NCBI GenBank assembly: GCA_964016885.1
Contig: OZ024743.1
Coordinates: forward strand, 81,654,001 to 81,718,000
Reading direction: 5' to 3'
Length of the DNA: 64,000 nucleotides
Origin: Eledone cirrhosa
Lineage: Eukaryota
Shown: positions 15,383-30,294 of the stretch, piece by piece
Layout of the letters: every line of letters starts with the position of its first letter
Position numbering within the stretch: position 1 is the first letter of the stretch
Notes under the pieces: generated by a model
What the model saw: the letters and a program-made list of their open reading frames with translations, nothing else
The model's database searches: none
Told to the model about the DNA's origin: nothing
Position numbers and translations under genes: made by a program

Positions 15383-16304
15383 CTACATTTTAAATTTAAA
15401 TTTATATTTAAACGTTGAGTTTAATCTATGTTTGCAACAACTGAATAAATTTGTCCGTAGATTAAGGGAATTTTTAGATTTTAGTATAAAGAATATCTCC
15501 TCTGCGCAGAGGTCACATGACTCAGAGGATGAATTAAAAGGAATCCCCCTTGAGATTATATTCCAAGCCGTCGAATATCTAACGTTATCTAGCTTAAGTT
15601 GCCAGAGTACGCCTGATAGTGCCGTTGAAGATTTTTTACTTGGATCTGTGAAAGAATTCTTGTGGTTATTATAGCGAAGTTTAAATTCCGTCGATGTGGA
15701 ACCGACGTAGTTAAAAGAATTAGAGTCAGTATTAACATTACAATTGTATACTATATTTTTAACTAAGCAGTTGTTATTTAACGGACATTTAGATCTATCT
15801 CTACAGTTACATTTGTTAACTTGTATATTATTTATGCTATTATCACTAGGTTTTAAGTTCCTATTATTTATTCTATTAATATTTTGTGCTAAATTTTTGG
15901 TGGATGAGTAGGTTAATTTAATTGTATGCCTATTGAAAATTGAGTGATACCTATGTGTTCTAGGGAAGCGATTATCAAGAGCTTTGAAAAATAATTTAGC
16001 GATGTGGGTTTTAATGTTTAGTGAGAAAGGGGGGGAGGGGTCAAACCAAATTATGTTCCTAGTTCTATTTCTTTTTTGGCCTTTGGAATTATTGTAATGC
16101 TTTCTATTATAGTTGTTAATGTTGTTGCCGTAATTAAAAAAGTTGTTACTTTGTTTAGTTTGTCTATCATTATCTATGTACACAATCTTATCAGCATATC
16201 CTGCCCTAGCTAATGCTTCATTATAGTATTGGGCCTTTTCGTCGAAAATCTTTCGTCGAAAATCTTTCTATTCGACGAGATCCTAGAGATACGTTTTGAA
16301 CAGA
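15383..16304 (-). pseudogene. PLE RT thumb, linker and GIY-YIG endonuclease (truncated)
   Basis: FNRHTIKLTYS, CNCR..CPL...C, NIVY..YVGST..FKLRYNNH, CDLC..E, LN.R....CKH; thumb motif ISRISS..YNEAL..GY upstream of the Met, frameshifted by a 14-bp duplication at ~16237-16264. Confidence 0.9.
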
Positions 16305-16914
16305 GTTTGTAGCTATAGCATAAACATATGAATTTTTTTAAAAAACTAAACATAAGATAATTAATTTTCACACACTATGGATACTTGTCTCATTCAGGAA
16401 TACTGATATTTACAGTGTAATGGAAGTTTTATGAATTCTAATACATTAAGACATAGGGTTTTTTCGCCTCGAATATATCTGGCTATTTTTTAATTTTTTC
16501 TCTCGCTATTTTTTCTCTCTCTATATATATATCTCCCTTACATTAATACTAGAGCTAAATAAATAAATAAATAAATAAATGTATCATTGATACATTTACT
16601 CAAAATGACCTCCCACTACCTAATTTTCTATATATATATGTATCTATCTCTATTTCCTCTCTCTCTATATATATATATATCTCTTTCTGTTTCTTTACAT
16701 GAAGTTCTTCTCTTTATCTATTTTTCCATCTCTATATTTTGTTACATGCATTTCTTCTCTCTCTTCCTTTTCTTCGTTTTCTGTCTTTCTTTCTTTTTTC
16801 TCTCTTTCTTTCTCTCTGTGTAAAATTTTTTCACTGCCAGCTTAACCTCTTCAAATGCAAGTCGGTGTTATAACGGTATGTCGAATCTATTTATCTATAA
16901 AACTGTTTATATTG

Positions 16915-16980
16915 TATTTTGTCTGAGGAAGGCATAGCATATTGTTAATATGATATCCCCGAAATATATATAATTAAATA
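16915..16980 (+). ncRNA. Hammerhead-like motif in pLTR (mirror copy 13948-14014, minus)
   Basis: CTGAGGA-stem II-GAAA-tatata-TA; stem I weak. Confidence 0.65.
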
Positions 16981-17017
16981 AATATGGTTTTATAAATATA
17001 GTTTCCATTTATTTAAC

Positions 17018-17062
<45 letters not shown>

Positions 17063-17522
17063 GGAAAAGAATGAAACGAAATTTCATTTCTCACTCTTAG
17101 TACGGCTGATACTTAAATGTAAGTATGTATGTATACGTACATACATATATGTATACAGACGTACAGTAGTATGTATATATATACATACATGCACACATAT
17201 ATATATATATATATGTACGTATCGGTTTACCAACATTTATTATAATGTTCGGTTTGTTTGTTTGTAAACAAACGAACAGCCCGAATTACGCCGTACAGTG
17301 TTCAAGCAACCATCGTCGCCGTTTTGTATTGTTATACTTGAGGAGGGTCATATTGTTGTAATAATATTGCCAGAAATAACAACAGAACACACTCACTGTT
17401 TGGATGGTTTTCGCTTTTGTATCTTTTATATCTCCACAGTTAATTCATTCGGTCCTCAATGTTTATCATTGACTGACCAACGGTCAAAAATACAGATATA
17501 ATATAGATATAAATACATATAT

Positions 17523-17576
17523 ATAGTCTAACAAAGTTCTTTCGTTGCACATCTGCAGCATCATCAGTGATACTAT
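17523..17576 (-). ncRNA. Hammerhead-like motif in PLE fragment 17325-17600
   Basis: atagtatca-CTGATGA-tgctgca/tgcaac-GAAA-gaac-TT; homologous to 30428-30481. Confidence 0.6.
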
Positions 17577-17629
17577 TATGTTCCTCCTGTTGTATTGTAT
17601 GTCTACGCCATATATATATATATATATGT

Positions 17630-17877
17630 GTTGTTGTTGTTACAGCTCACACCTTTAGCTGGCCTCCTCCAAGATATATCTCGATGGAGGTGTCTTGCGT
17701 GATTTAATGATAGGGACCCCAGTCCTATCATTTCATTTCTCCAGTTGAGTAAACTGGAGCAACGTTAAATAAAGTGTCTTGCTCAAGGAAACAACACATC
17801 ACCCGGTCCCGAGATTTGAACTCACAACTTTTCAATTGCAAGCCCAGTGTTCTAACCACTAAGCCATGCGCCTTCAC
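17630..17877 (-). mobile_element. Full-length tRNA-derived CORE-like SINE with (CAA)n tail
   Basis: TGGCTTAGTGG A-box, GTTCAAATC B-box, TCCTTGAGCAAGACACTTTA core; second copy at 53046-53233. Confidence 0.9.
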
Positions 17878-17974
17878 ATCTCTCTCACTCTCTCTCTCTC
17901 TCTCTCTCTCCATATATATATATATATATATATATATATTGCTTGTTGTATCCCAACAAATTAAATATACCCTC

Positions 17975-18023
<49 letters not shown>

Positions 18024-18220
18024 TTAAGGATACTATTTATGGTTATGTATATACTAAAACCTTTTATAGTTATATATATTTTAAACCCTAAATAGTGAAA
18101 GACAGTAATTCATTACTATCTTATTACCAGTAAGATAAATAGCTCAATGTAACAACATCAGTTGTTCTACAGAGCAGTTACATAGAAATTACATGAATCA
18201 AAGTTGTGTTTAAACCATTT

Positions 18221-18272
18221 ATTCGCTTACAATTGTTTCTTCCAAACCGAGGTTTGGAGTCTTCGGACCAAT
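18221..18272 (-). ncRNA. Hammerhead-like motif (CCGAAGA variant) in PLE 3' fragment ~18020-18500
   Basis: CCGAAGA-ctccaaac/gtttggaa-GAAA-caattg-TA; related to 49868-49919. Confidence 0.6.
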
Positions 18273-18530
18273 TTTTCAATGATTTTTTACATACTTGACC
18301 TCCTTTCCAACACAAGAGACATATAGAAACATATGTATATATTGATGCACAGTGGGTTGACATCCATTACAATAATATAGCATGGCAATTTACATACAAA
18401 GATTAAAGTCATATTACAGGACAAAATTAAAGTTAAAATACAACATTGGCAGTTTACGAAGATAAAGCAAGAGGATAGTTTGAAGTAGTTAGTGTATGCA
18501 ATAGTTACACGTAGAGCATGCACGTGTGTC

Positions 18531-18592
<62 letters not shown>

Positions 18593-19024
18593 AAATATAT
18601 ATCAAATGAACGAACTAAGTTTTGGTGAGTGCTGTGTTGGTACATTCTTATATTTATTTTTTCTTGGACATCGCTTCGGTGTGTGTGTACCCACCCACGC
18701 TAATTCTACGGGTTTAATACTGTGTTGGTGTGTGTATATATATGTATATATTTTTCTTTGACCTCGAGCCGATGTATGTAGATGTGGAGTGTGTGTGTAC
18801 CCACTCACTTTTAACTGTGACTGACTGTATCCCTACAGATTTGATTGATGTCCAGCGTCTTTTGCAGCGATAGAAATCTGAAAACTTTTATGACCTCAAC
18901 TAAAGCTAATAGCAGTCGCCATGTCTCTGACTGACTGGTGTGTCTCCATATGAAGGAATGAATTCTGTGAGAGAACATCGTTTTTTTTTCTCCCTCATAT
19001 CAAGAATTTGAAGACTATTCATTT

Positions 19025-19097
19025 TCATCTGATGAGATCAGTGATAATCGATCATGGTTCACAATCCATATATCTCTTATTGAAACATGTGTCGTGA
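19025..19097 (+). ncRNA. Hammerhead-like motif in collinear PLE 3' end ~18950-19285
   Basis: tcat-CTGATGA-long stem II-GAAA-catgtg-TC-gtga; homolog at 36279-36353. Confidence 0.6.
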
Positions 19098-19280
19098 TTA
19101 AATGATTGGAATTTTACCTTGCCTTCGGATTTTCATTTTAATACTTATACTCCGTTTTACATCATCTAGCTGTTCCCTCGAATGGAATTGGAGATATACA
19201 AAAGCGTGGAGAACTTGATATTGCTAACATAATGTTATTGGACCATTTTACACAACCAATAATGCACCTTACTATATAAC

Positions 19281-19356
<76 letters not shown>

Positions 19357-19360
<4 letters not shown>

Positions 19361-19478
19361 GTAGAACACTGGAAGGTAATATCCGTAGTGGTAGAGCACT
19401 CAGTCCAAGGGACGAGTTAGGTAGAAGTGGTTACACAACAGTTAGTTCACCATACCGAGAACAATTGTTTCACCTTCC
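19357..19478 (-). mobile_element. Truncated PLE stub (family of 59161-59360)
   Basis: Near-identical to 59161-59280; follows (TA)n. Confidence 0.8.
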
Positions 19479-20049
19479 AATATATATATTAAAATATAGA
19501 ACTGGATGTGTCCAGTTCTCACCCAGACCGTACACCGCTTTCAGACCATTATAAACGGGCTTTGAAATCTTTTTAACAGCTGTTTCCTGTCGTTTTGCTG
19601 TTGACCAGGCATCCTTCATCCTTCTAAATGATGACAATGCTTGCTACTTACAATCATTATGGGGGGTGGGGGTTAATTAATGGTTGAGTTTTTATCTCCA
19701 ATCAAAAGCCTTGGTTATAGGTCTCTCTGTTAATGTTCTGGACATCTGAGTTGCTTTCATTAAACCAGACCTGGTACTTACTCATAGGAAATCCTAAGAT
19801 TTATACGGAGGCTGAATATGTGGCATATTTGAGCGCTTACCATGAAGCCTCAATGGCATCAAAAATCTGGACGAAGTCGAGGAATGAATTTGCAGAAGGT
19901 TCCAGCCTCTTATCAGTAGATCTCAAAACGCCCACATAAACCTTATGTGAGATATATGGGTTTTGAAGACAACTTTTGTTGGGAAGATTGAATGAAACCA
20001 TACTACACAGAAATGCATGATCATAAAGATAGCAACAAGAAGAAAAAGG

Positions 20050-21100
20050 GCAAGTGATTTTGAAATCGTTTAGGTCACACCTGAGTGTAATTACAGATTA
20101 GATCATATGCCAATCCTTAGATCTAGGATGTTATCTTATTACTTGCAGGTTGCTCAAAAATTGGTATTAGTGATGCTAAGATCAAATTACCTGCAGGGTG
20201 AAAGCAGCCTAAGCCAATTTAAGTTGATAGTTGACTCCATTTAACCGAAGACGCCATGTTTTGCTAATCATTTCCAACTCTAGCATTAAAATCTCCCGTT
20301 AAGAAGAGCTTGTTCTTGTATGAAACAATGGAGACCATTGTATGGAGCTGAACGTAGAATGTCTCGATATTTTGTTCAGATGAATAAAAAGTTGTGGTAT
20401 AACAACTGAATACTGTAACAGGGGTGTTGTTTATTAGATCCGGAGAAAGAGTGATGATATGATCACTGAAACCTTAGTGGTATGATGTTAGAGATATAAC
20501 TATATAACTAATATCAGATTGACAGTGGTCTTTTTTCAAGACCAGAAGACTGTGTATCCTTCACTTACAGGGATGTGACAATGAGGCAGGGTCACTTATG
20601 GCTCAGATAACGATATTATATCGAATGAGAGCAGATGAAGACTGATCTTCGATCCAGATTTGAACTGCTGTCCCCGTAGTTAGATCTATTATTTTGTTTC
20701 GACGGCAGATTTGGTTAGCCAGGCAGCCACAGTTAACTGTCAAGATAAAATATTGAGCAAACATTTTATAGCTCCTTTTACAACCCTATCTCAGTGTAGG
20801 GAAAGCAATGCTATGTATAAAAGACCTTCTTTGTTACTATTAGAGGACGTCACTATTAGAGAACAGTTTCTCATTTAAGGACTTTCTGTAATATACTTTA
20901 CTTGTGACCATCACCTTTGCTCTCTCGCCAATGGACTTGGACGTATTAATGGACGTGTTAATGGTGGAATATCAAATAGGCAGGCCTGGTAGAACTATTG
21001 AGCTACCCACACAAATAGATTGTATATAGGGGTGAAGTCTTGTGTTGGACCAGCCACACGTTTTGGGAAATATTGTCCACAAAATATGCCAGGAATCCAG
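20050..21100 (+). pseudogene. Possible highly degenerate RTE-like LINE remnant
   Basis: Only scattered motif traces such as TTGTATGGAGCTGAA (LYGAE); no intact ORF. Confidence 0.25.
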
Positions 21101-21270
21101 GGATCAACAAACCTCAGGTATTAAAGGGCTTTTGACTCTCAAGAATTCCTCCGACTGTTTTAACGGGTTATATTTTCCCTCACATAGAATGTCCAAAAAA
21201 TACCCTCCTGAACAAGTAAGCTTAAGTACTAGGTTACAAAAGCGAGCTGTGCACGTGTGTGTGTGTATAT

Positions 21271-21304
<34 letters not shown>

Positions 21305-21616
21305 TCATACATATATATAGAGATATATAAATACATATATACAGATATATAGATACATATATACAATTATATATATATATACATATACATATACATACAT
21401 ATGTACAAATAAATACATATACTTATTATTATATTTGATGAGGAGAGGTTCCTCCAACCAACATACATATATATATATGTATATATATATGTGTGTGTGT
21501 GTGTGTATACATATACACATATAGACACACACATATATATATATATATATACATATATACATACATATATATATATATATACACACACACATATATATAT
21601 ATACACATATATGTAC

Positions 21617-21674
<58 letters not shown>

Positions 21675-21696
21675 AGATATATACATATGGTATATA

Positions 21697-21742
<46 letters not shown>

Positions 21743-22279
21743 CATGTACATACGTTTATGTATACACACGCACACATATTTATACATGCACAATATATAT
21801 ATATATATATACACACACACAGATTGGGATAAATTACGCTATAACCACATTCTAAAAGAGCCAAGCATTCTATTACTACTTCATCATTTCATGTAAAAAA
21901 AATGGAGATCATTGCTTGAAGGAGTTTACCAGAACGAGGCTGTGAAAGAAGGTGAAATCTAGACAGTGCATTAATCATAGTTGCTAGACTACAATAGTCC
22001 ATCAAAGTAAGCGAATTTCAGCGAGCAGCCATAAAAAATGACTGGATGCCACAGATAAATAGACTCTCCCTGAGTTTCGGAGATAAGAGAGGATTCTAGA
22101 AAACCAACCTCTAATGACAGGAAACGGCCCAGCACTTTGTTATTGAAGAATTTTTCTCCACAAGACATGGAGCGAAACAACAGCAACAACAACATTTATC
22201 CCCGAAACGCGTCAAATTAGAAAGTGGCTGAAAGAACCTGGAATTTCCAGTAGTATTATATACATTATATGTGTGTGTG

Positions 22280-22438
<159 letters not shown>

Positions 22439-23097
22439 CACAAATATACACATTATATATATATGTGTGTGTGTGTTTGTGCTTATGTGTTTGTATATAT
22501 ATACATACAGATATGTCTCTTTGTATATATATGTGTGTGTATGTGTGTATGTGTGTATGTGTGTGTGCGTGTGTGTGTGTGTGTAATGCTGTGAGGAATC
22601 AATACTTTGAATTCTACAAAGAATAGGGGTCGAGCAATATTTTTATCTTCACGGATGATAAAAGATTATCCCTTCCTGTCAGATGACCATCGCTGATGTG
22701 TGAAAGACAAAAAATGAAAGATTTAGCTGGGCTTTGTCTACAATCAACAACATATTTGGTATATATGGTGGAGTGGTGTGGGGGTGGTTGGAACACACAT
22801 ACTTTAGAATATAAAGTGTCACTTATTTCATATAACCTGGAGAAAAGAGACCCGTTGTGTGGTTACACATCCTCCTCGAAATGACAGCCAAACTACTCCC
22901 AAATCGTATGAGCTCTTAACTACTCGCGATTTTGGCGGAGAGCAGCCAATTTCATTGAGAGAGAGGGGGTTGGATCGACTCTAGCACTGGATTGGTACAA
23001 AGTGAGAGTTGGTGGGATTAGAACTGAAATCAGAGAGCTGGAGTGAATATCGCAGAAGATTTCATCTGATGTTTTAACAATTCTGTTAATTCAACGG

Positions 23098-23770
23098 TAG
23101 ATTGGCAGTATCGGTAGAGTGTTAGACGCCATGCTTTGCAGCATAGAGTTACAGTTCTTTATGATCTGAGTTCAAATCCCGCCAAGGTTAACTTTGCTTT
23201 TCTTCCTTATGGGGTCGATAAAATAAAGTACCAGTAGTGTACTGGGTAATTGCTGGCCTTGTGCCAAAAGTAGAAACAATTATTTACTATTTTAGGACGG
23301 AAGTATTGGCAATATCGGTAGAGCGACGGACACCATGCTTCGTGGCATATGGTAACGGCCGTTTACGTTCTGAGTTCAAATTTCACCGATGTTATTTTTG
23401 TCTTTCATCCTTACAGGGCCGATAAAATAAAGTACCCGTAATGCACGGAGGTGGATTTAATCCACTTTTCCCCTCACCCCCAAAGTGATCCCCTTATATT
23501 ACTTACAGGAGGGCGATAAAATAAAGTACCAGTAACGCACTGAGGTCGATTTAATCGTCTTTCACCGCCCCCAACCCGATATAAAACATTGTTGGCCTTA
23601 TGCTTAAATCAGAAATCATTCTTGTTAGTGCAAATTCTGCCGAGGTTAGCTTTGCCTTCCATTCTTACAGCGTCGATAAAATAAAGTACTAGTAATGCAA
23701 TCGGGTCGATTTAATCAACTTTCTCCTTCCCTAAAATTGTTGGCGTTGTGTCTAAATCAGAAACCATTAT
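23098..23770 (+). mobile_element. Cluster of tRNA-derived SINEs (Meta-domain-like), two near-full and two 3' fragments
   Basis: TGGCAGTATCGGTAGAG, GAGTTCAAATCC and GCCTTTCATCCTTACGGGGTCGATAAAATAAAGTACCAG repeated. Confidence 0.88.
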
Positions 23771-23975
23771 ATACTATTCTATCTACTATAGAAGCCTTAT
23801 TTGTGGGAGATTGTTAATGTCGGACGATATATAGTACAATATAGTACAGGTTCTGGTCCTTTATATTCTGGGTCCAACCCCATCGTAGTCAGCCATTAAT
23901 CCTTCGGAGATAAAAACAACAAAAAACACACTTGTCATTCTGTATTCCTAACTTATATATTGGCACACAATATCT

Positions 23976-24008
<33 letters not shown>

Positions 24009-24044
24009 AACTCTCTAACTCTCTATCTCTTTCTCTCCCTCTCC

Positions 24045-24084
<40 letters not shown>

Positions 24085-24870
24085 CTCTTTCTCTCTTTCT
24101 CACGCTATAGACATCTCACATTGAGCTGTTACGTAACTGTCAGGGGATTCAGTGGAAAGCAGTTTGATGAAGGTAACTTTATGAATTAGAGGTACAATTA
24201 GAGGGAACTAAAGTGTTTTGTTCAGTGACACAACAAGCAACTGGGAATCGAACTCTTCTCCTAGCGATCGTGAATCGAAGACCCTAATCTCTAGATCACG
24301 TGCATGCAAGTATGTGTGTTTGTATGTGTGTGTATATACATACATATGTGTGTGTGTGTGTACATACATATATATAAGTGTATGTGCATATATATATATA
24401 TACACATATGTGTATGTGTGTGTGTTAAATTATACATGGTTCTTAAGAAATTCTTTACGAGTTTCTCAGATTTACGTAAATCTAACGAACTGCCAGAAAC
24501 CGAACTGGTTAGCATGTGATCGTGGGTCGAACACCCTAACCATACATAGAGCATGTGTCTGCACGTGGGTGGGCATGTGTGCAGGAGCAGGCGCATGTGT
24601 ACATGTGAGTGAGTGTGCGCGTGCATGTGCACATGTGAGTGTGTGTCCACGCACATGTGTACGCGTGTGTATGCGTGTTTGTGTGTGCGTTCGTGTACGT
24701 GTGTGTGTGTGTGTATTTGTGTGTGTGTGTGTTTGTGTGTGCCCTTGTGTACGTGTGTATGTGTGTGAGTGTGTGTGTGTGTGTGTGTGTTTGTGTGTGT
24801 GCATGTGTGTATTTGTGTATGTGTGTGTGTGTGTATGTGCGTGTGTATGTGCGTGTGTGTGTATGTGCGC

Positions 24871-24916
<46 letters not shown>

Positions 24917-25513
24917 ATGTGTGTGTGCGTGTGCAGACACATGTATATGTGTGTGTATTAACGTATATATCGTTCCGGAGAGATACGTTTCAAACTTCTC
25001 CGATTTACGTAACCCTAACGCCTGAACAAACAGAAGCCTCAGTTTTGTCAATAGGAATCTTATTTCAATTATTCTGTTTCGAATATTCACAGATAAAAAC
25101 CAACATGGTATTGATAAATTGATTTTATTTATGTGTTTCTATGGAGAAACCGATTAAAAATTTTGGCTCTGTGATGCCTCCTAAAAAGAACACGTGTTTT
25201 ATTTTACTATCAAATATTATTTGAATTAAATGTTTCGTAAATGGAGCAAACTTAATCTTAATTTTATTATTCCTTGGGGAAAAGCAAATGATGTTAGCTC
25301 ACCTCTTTTCATCTCATCTAATAATGGAAATTCACACATATACAGGCGCCATCCTACAAACATATATATATGCATACATCTCTGAGCACACATACACGCA
25401 CTAATTGAATTTTTAATAAAACCTTTGTGTAGATATTTCATATGAGTGTACATATATATGTATGCACGTGTCTTAATGCGCGTGTGCCTATGTCTAAATA
25501 TATACACACACAC

Positions 25514-25562
<49 letters not shown>

Positions 25563-25768
25563 TATATATATGTATATATATATATAGGTATATGTATGTG
25601 TAATATATGCAGATATTATAAACACTACACAAGCAAAAATCAAATATTTACTCAGAAACAAAAGTATACACAGACAAATGAAGATTTTCTTTTCTTTTTT
25701 AATAAATTATTTAAATATATTTATATAATTTATTACAAAACATGTGCACAGCATATATATATATATAT

Positions 25769-25895
<127 letters not shown>

Positions 25896-26154
25896 TATAT
25901 CTGTGTATATATATATATATATATACACGTATGTATATATATATATATATACTAATATATATATATTTGTATATATATATATATTAATATATATATATAT
26001 ATATATTTGTATATATATATTAATATATATATATATAAATACATTTATATATGCATATAAATAAAGATATATGTGTGTGTACTTACACAATATCTTTCAC
26101 TATAAGTCCCTGTGTGTTTTCATATGTATATATATATATATATATATAAAGTTT

Positions 26155-26185
<31 letters not shown>

Positions 26186-26494
26186 AACACACAGACAACA
26201 AAGAGGGTTTTGTAAATAAATTAATATATACCACTGCGTGTGTGTGTGTTTATAAAAGTTAATAGTGTTAACAAATATCTACGAGATACAACAATATATT
26301 GTATGTAGACATCGCATGTACACCCTCATATATAGATATATACACACATACACAGACACACTCGTTCATATACACACATATAACGTATAACTATAAGTGT
26401 ATGCAAAAGTTAATAGTTAACATTCAGAAAAAAAAATCTACTAAAAATACACCGAACAATATATATTGTATGTAGACAAGGTATGTACACACAC

Positions 26495-26557
<63 letters not shown>

Positions 26558-26850
26558 TGCATACGTCTAATATACACAATTTGGAAAATAATTTGAAATT
26601 AGTTATATGTTTACATGTTCGCACACACACGCACACAGACACACAGATACACATACACGCACACAGACGCATGCATCTATATCTACACACTCACACACAT
26701 ATTGTGTATGTACAAATGCTAGTGATTTCACGAGGGCTTATGCATACCCGCGCGCCCATATATATATATATACATATTAAAATAACAGATTAAAGTTTAA
26801 GCAAAGAATCGCTGCTTTCACCCTTAATAGGATCTCATATATATATATAT

Positions 26851-27058
26851 ATAGGAACGAGTAGGACCCCGACGGCTGAGCTCAAGCCGTTTCGATGGCT
26901 AATTCTGGACTAGAATGAGTCCAGAATTAGCCGTCGAAAAGGCTTGAGCTCAGCCGTCGGGGTCCTACTCGCTCCTATTACCCACTCTACTACCCTAAGT
27001 ATTGAGTACTTTGGTGCGTTATGGTCCATCTGGTTCCTTACCACATTTCCTTCATTAT
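26851..27058 (+). mobile_element. Near-perfect 128-bp fold-back PLE stub plus tail
   Basis: Arms 26851-26910 and 26919-26978; half hammerhead GAAA-(c/a)ggct/agccg-TC; tail between (TA)n tracts, tail fragment repeated at 35398-35443. Confidence 0.75.
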
Positions 27059-27075
27059 ATATATATATATATATA

Positions 27076-27262
27076 GTGGATTGGCAGTATCGGTAGAGGG
27101 TCGGACGCCATGCTTTGATGTATAGAGTTACGGCCCTTGCCATTCTGAGTTCAAATCCCGCCGAGGTTAACTTTGCCTTTCAACCTTACGGGGTCGATAA
27201 AATAAAGTACCAGTAATGTACTGGAATAATTGCTGGCCTTGTGCCAAAAGTAGAAACAATTA
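27076..27262 (+). mobile_element. SINE (Meta-domain-like)
   Basis: Same consensus as the 23098 copy. Confidence 0.92.
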
Positions 27263-28429
27263 TATATATATATATATATGAACACAAATAACGACATGCA
27301 GACATACATACATACATATGCGGACATCTTATATGGCAATAAAGTCTCCTTAAATATGAGGGTCACACCGCAGCCCCATTACTGGCTGTATAAGGGTAAA
27401 CAGATGCGGTGTAAACTTCCTTGGGGATAGGTAGGGAATCACAGTGGAATGTGGCTGGTTGCTAGAGGACCAGTCGACTCAATAAATTAGTGGGATAAAT
27501 AGACGTTCAACAAATTCCTTCTCCTTACAATCTCTTCCAAATCTGTTGGGGGGTCACTTTCTTCCAGGGCTGATATATAAAGTTCCAGTCAAGACCTGGT
27601 GGTGTGACATAATCATTGGAGCATTGGAAGGCTTCCCTTGCGATATTGGGTCCGGTTTTTCGCGTTCTCAGTTCAAATCCACAGTGACAAACTTTGTAGA
27701 TTTAATCTGTCACACTTTTAAACAACTCTCCCTTACAAGTATTCGGTACAGGTCTCTCGTTTAAGGATAGCTTCTTCCCTCACCCCAACCTGTCTCAGTA
27801 ATTCTTCCTACTCTTTCAGTTTTTAGTTTAAATCCGTTTATCGACCTCCTGGTTCTTGTCACCTCTAGTAGAGTTTACCCCGGTTTTAAAAAAACCTTCT
27901 CTCGTGGTCTTTGAAAAGGGTCATAGATACTACCCTTCCCTCCTAATAAAAACAATTTCATTAACGATATCAACTAATGTAGAATTGATACGAAGTGATG
28001 TGAAACGGTCATACCCAGGGATTGAAACTGTATCAATATTCCCCGCCAGAGAATTTATCGTTGACTTTAAAACATTCGTTAGAGTGATGTAGGTTCTAAG
28101 GACGGGTGTTCGAGTTGGAACTGCTCGTGAAATCAACGTGCAAAGGGCTATCGTTAATCAGACACGTGCATGTGTGATATAGTTCTCAGGGAGACTCAAC
28201 ATAATACACAGGCCTTTAAATTACATATACGACATATTTGTGCTGGGTGAACTGAAGAAAATTAAATGTTTTGGTCAAATACAGAATGGCCATCCAAGAA
28301 TCAAACACACGACATTACCACCCGAACTACTTCAAGTATTGAGTACTCTGGTGAGTAATGGTCTAACAGGTTTTTACTGCATCCATTCTGATATATAATA
28401 TATTATTTATATATGCATTATATATATAT

Positions 28430-28563
<134 letters not shown>

Positions 28564-28663
28564 CGTGTGTGTGTTAAATATATGTTATTTACAAATTATA
28601 TATAGTTTTTCAATTAATCATTTATTTCCTTTATTATATAGTCCTTTATTATATAATCCTATA

Positions 28664-28930
28664 AGGGCGGTGGACTGGCAGTATCGGTAGAGGGTCGGAC
28701 GCCATGCTAGGGCGGTGGGTTGGCAGTATCGGTAGAGGGTCGGACGCCATGCTTTGCAGCATAGAGTTACGGCTCTTTATGATCTGAGCTCAAATCCCGC
28801 CGAGGTTAACTTTGCCTTTCATCCTTACGGGGTCGATAAAATAAAGTACCAGTCACGCACTGGCGTCGATTTAATCGGCCCCCTTCCCCCAAATTACTGG
28901 CCTTGTGCCTATATAAGAAACCATTATTAT
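28664..28930 (+). mobile_element. SINE with duplicated 5' head
   Basis: GGGCGGTGG..TGGCAGTATCGGTAGAGGGTCGGACGCCATGCT occurs twice, then the full body and (TAT)n. Confidence 0.9.
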
Positions 28931-29029
28931 TATTATTATTGTTGTTGTTGTTGTTGTTGTTGTTATTCCTTCATCGTTCTGCTCACTTGGTATTTCCTAC
29001 TTCTTTGTCTTTGTACCATAGTCTTTCAT

Positions 29030-29420
29030 TACACCACCACCACCTCGCTACACAACCACCACCACCACCTCGTTACTCCAGCACCACCACCTCGCTACAC
29101 AACCACCACCACCACCACCTCGTTACTCCAGCACCACCACCTCGCTACACAACCACCACCACCACCACCTCGCTACACCACCACCACCACCTCGCTACAC
29201 AACCACCACCACCACCTCGCTACACCACCACCACCACCTCGCTACACCACCACCACCACCACCTCGCTACACCACCACATCGCTACCCCACCACCACCAC
29301 CACCACCACCACCTCCACCTCGATACCCCACCACCACCACCTCGCTACACCACTACCACCACCACCACGCTACCCCCCACCACCACTACCTCGCTACACC
29401 ACCACCACCACCACAACCTC
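29030..29420. repeat. (CCA)n-based minisatellite
   Basis: CCTCGCTACAC-(CAC)n units. Confidence 0.9.
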
Positions 29421-30075
29421 CAGCACTACCAGACCCCACACCTCTCCTTTTGTTGTTGTTATTTCATAACGTCTTGCCAAATAAATATGGCGGAGTGAGA
29501 GTAGAAAAGGGAAGAGAGAAAGAGAGAGAGAGGGGGGAGATAGAGTGAGGAGATGAAGACAGAGTGAAAGAAAGAAAGAGAGGGGGACCAGGAAGGAAGG
29601 TAGAGAGTGTATGATGTTGAGAAGAGAGAGGGGGAACGATGAAGAAAGAAAGAGAGGGAAAGAGGAAGAAAGAGAATGGAAGGATGAAGTCAGAGAGAGA
29701 GGGTGGGAGAGAGGGGTAGAAAGGGAGAGAGGGAGAGGGAGAGAGAGTGGGTTAGAGAGGGAGAGGGAGAGAGAGGGGAGTAGAGAGGGTGAGAGGGAGA
29801 AAGAGTGCAGGGCAATTCTTAGAAACAATGAATAACCACAGACCTTAACATCAACATCAATAAGATTTTAAAACTGCCACAAAACGTGCAACTAACAAAG
29901 ATGGCGTAGGAAAATGAATGCATGCGGAACGTAACAAGACACACACCTCCACAACCGTGACGGCCGTACACTGGCTACACACGTACAGACGCAAGACATA
30001 CACACCACCACAGCCGTACACTGGCTACACACGTACAGACACAAGACACACACCACACATACATACATATATATG

Positions 30076-30165
<90 letters not shown>

Positions 30166-30243
30166 CATGTGTGTGTGTGTGTGTGTGTGTAAAAAGAAAT
30201 AGAATAACAAAGCGATGGACAGAGTTCACTGAGGAATTTAATA

Positions 30244-30287
<44 letters not shown>

Positions 30288-30294
<7 letters not shown>

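Larger units (their letters stand above)
13819..17020 (-). mobile_element. 5'-truncated Penelope-like retroelement with inverted pseudo-LTR
   Basis: GIY-YIG ORF remnant; near-identical ~710-bp inverted arms 13910-14623 and 16305-17020; tail 13819-13909; (TA)n flanks. Confidence 0.93.

Noticed and set aside
27076-27170. tRNA genes at A/B-box motifs
   Set aside because: The boxes are SINE heads followed by SINE bodies; no complete cloverleaf.
27300-28140. Possible coding fragment
   Set aside because: No recognisable motifs; includes a decayed SINE head at ~27605-27697.
28754-29548. Extensin-like Pro/Thr/His ORF
   Set aside because: Starts inside a SINE and continues through (CCA)n repeats.
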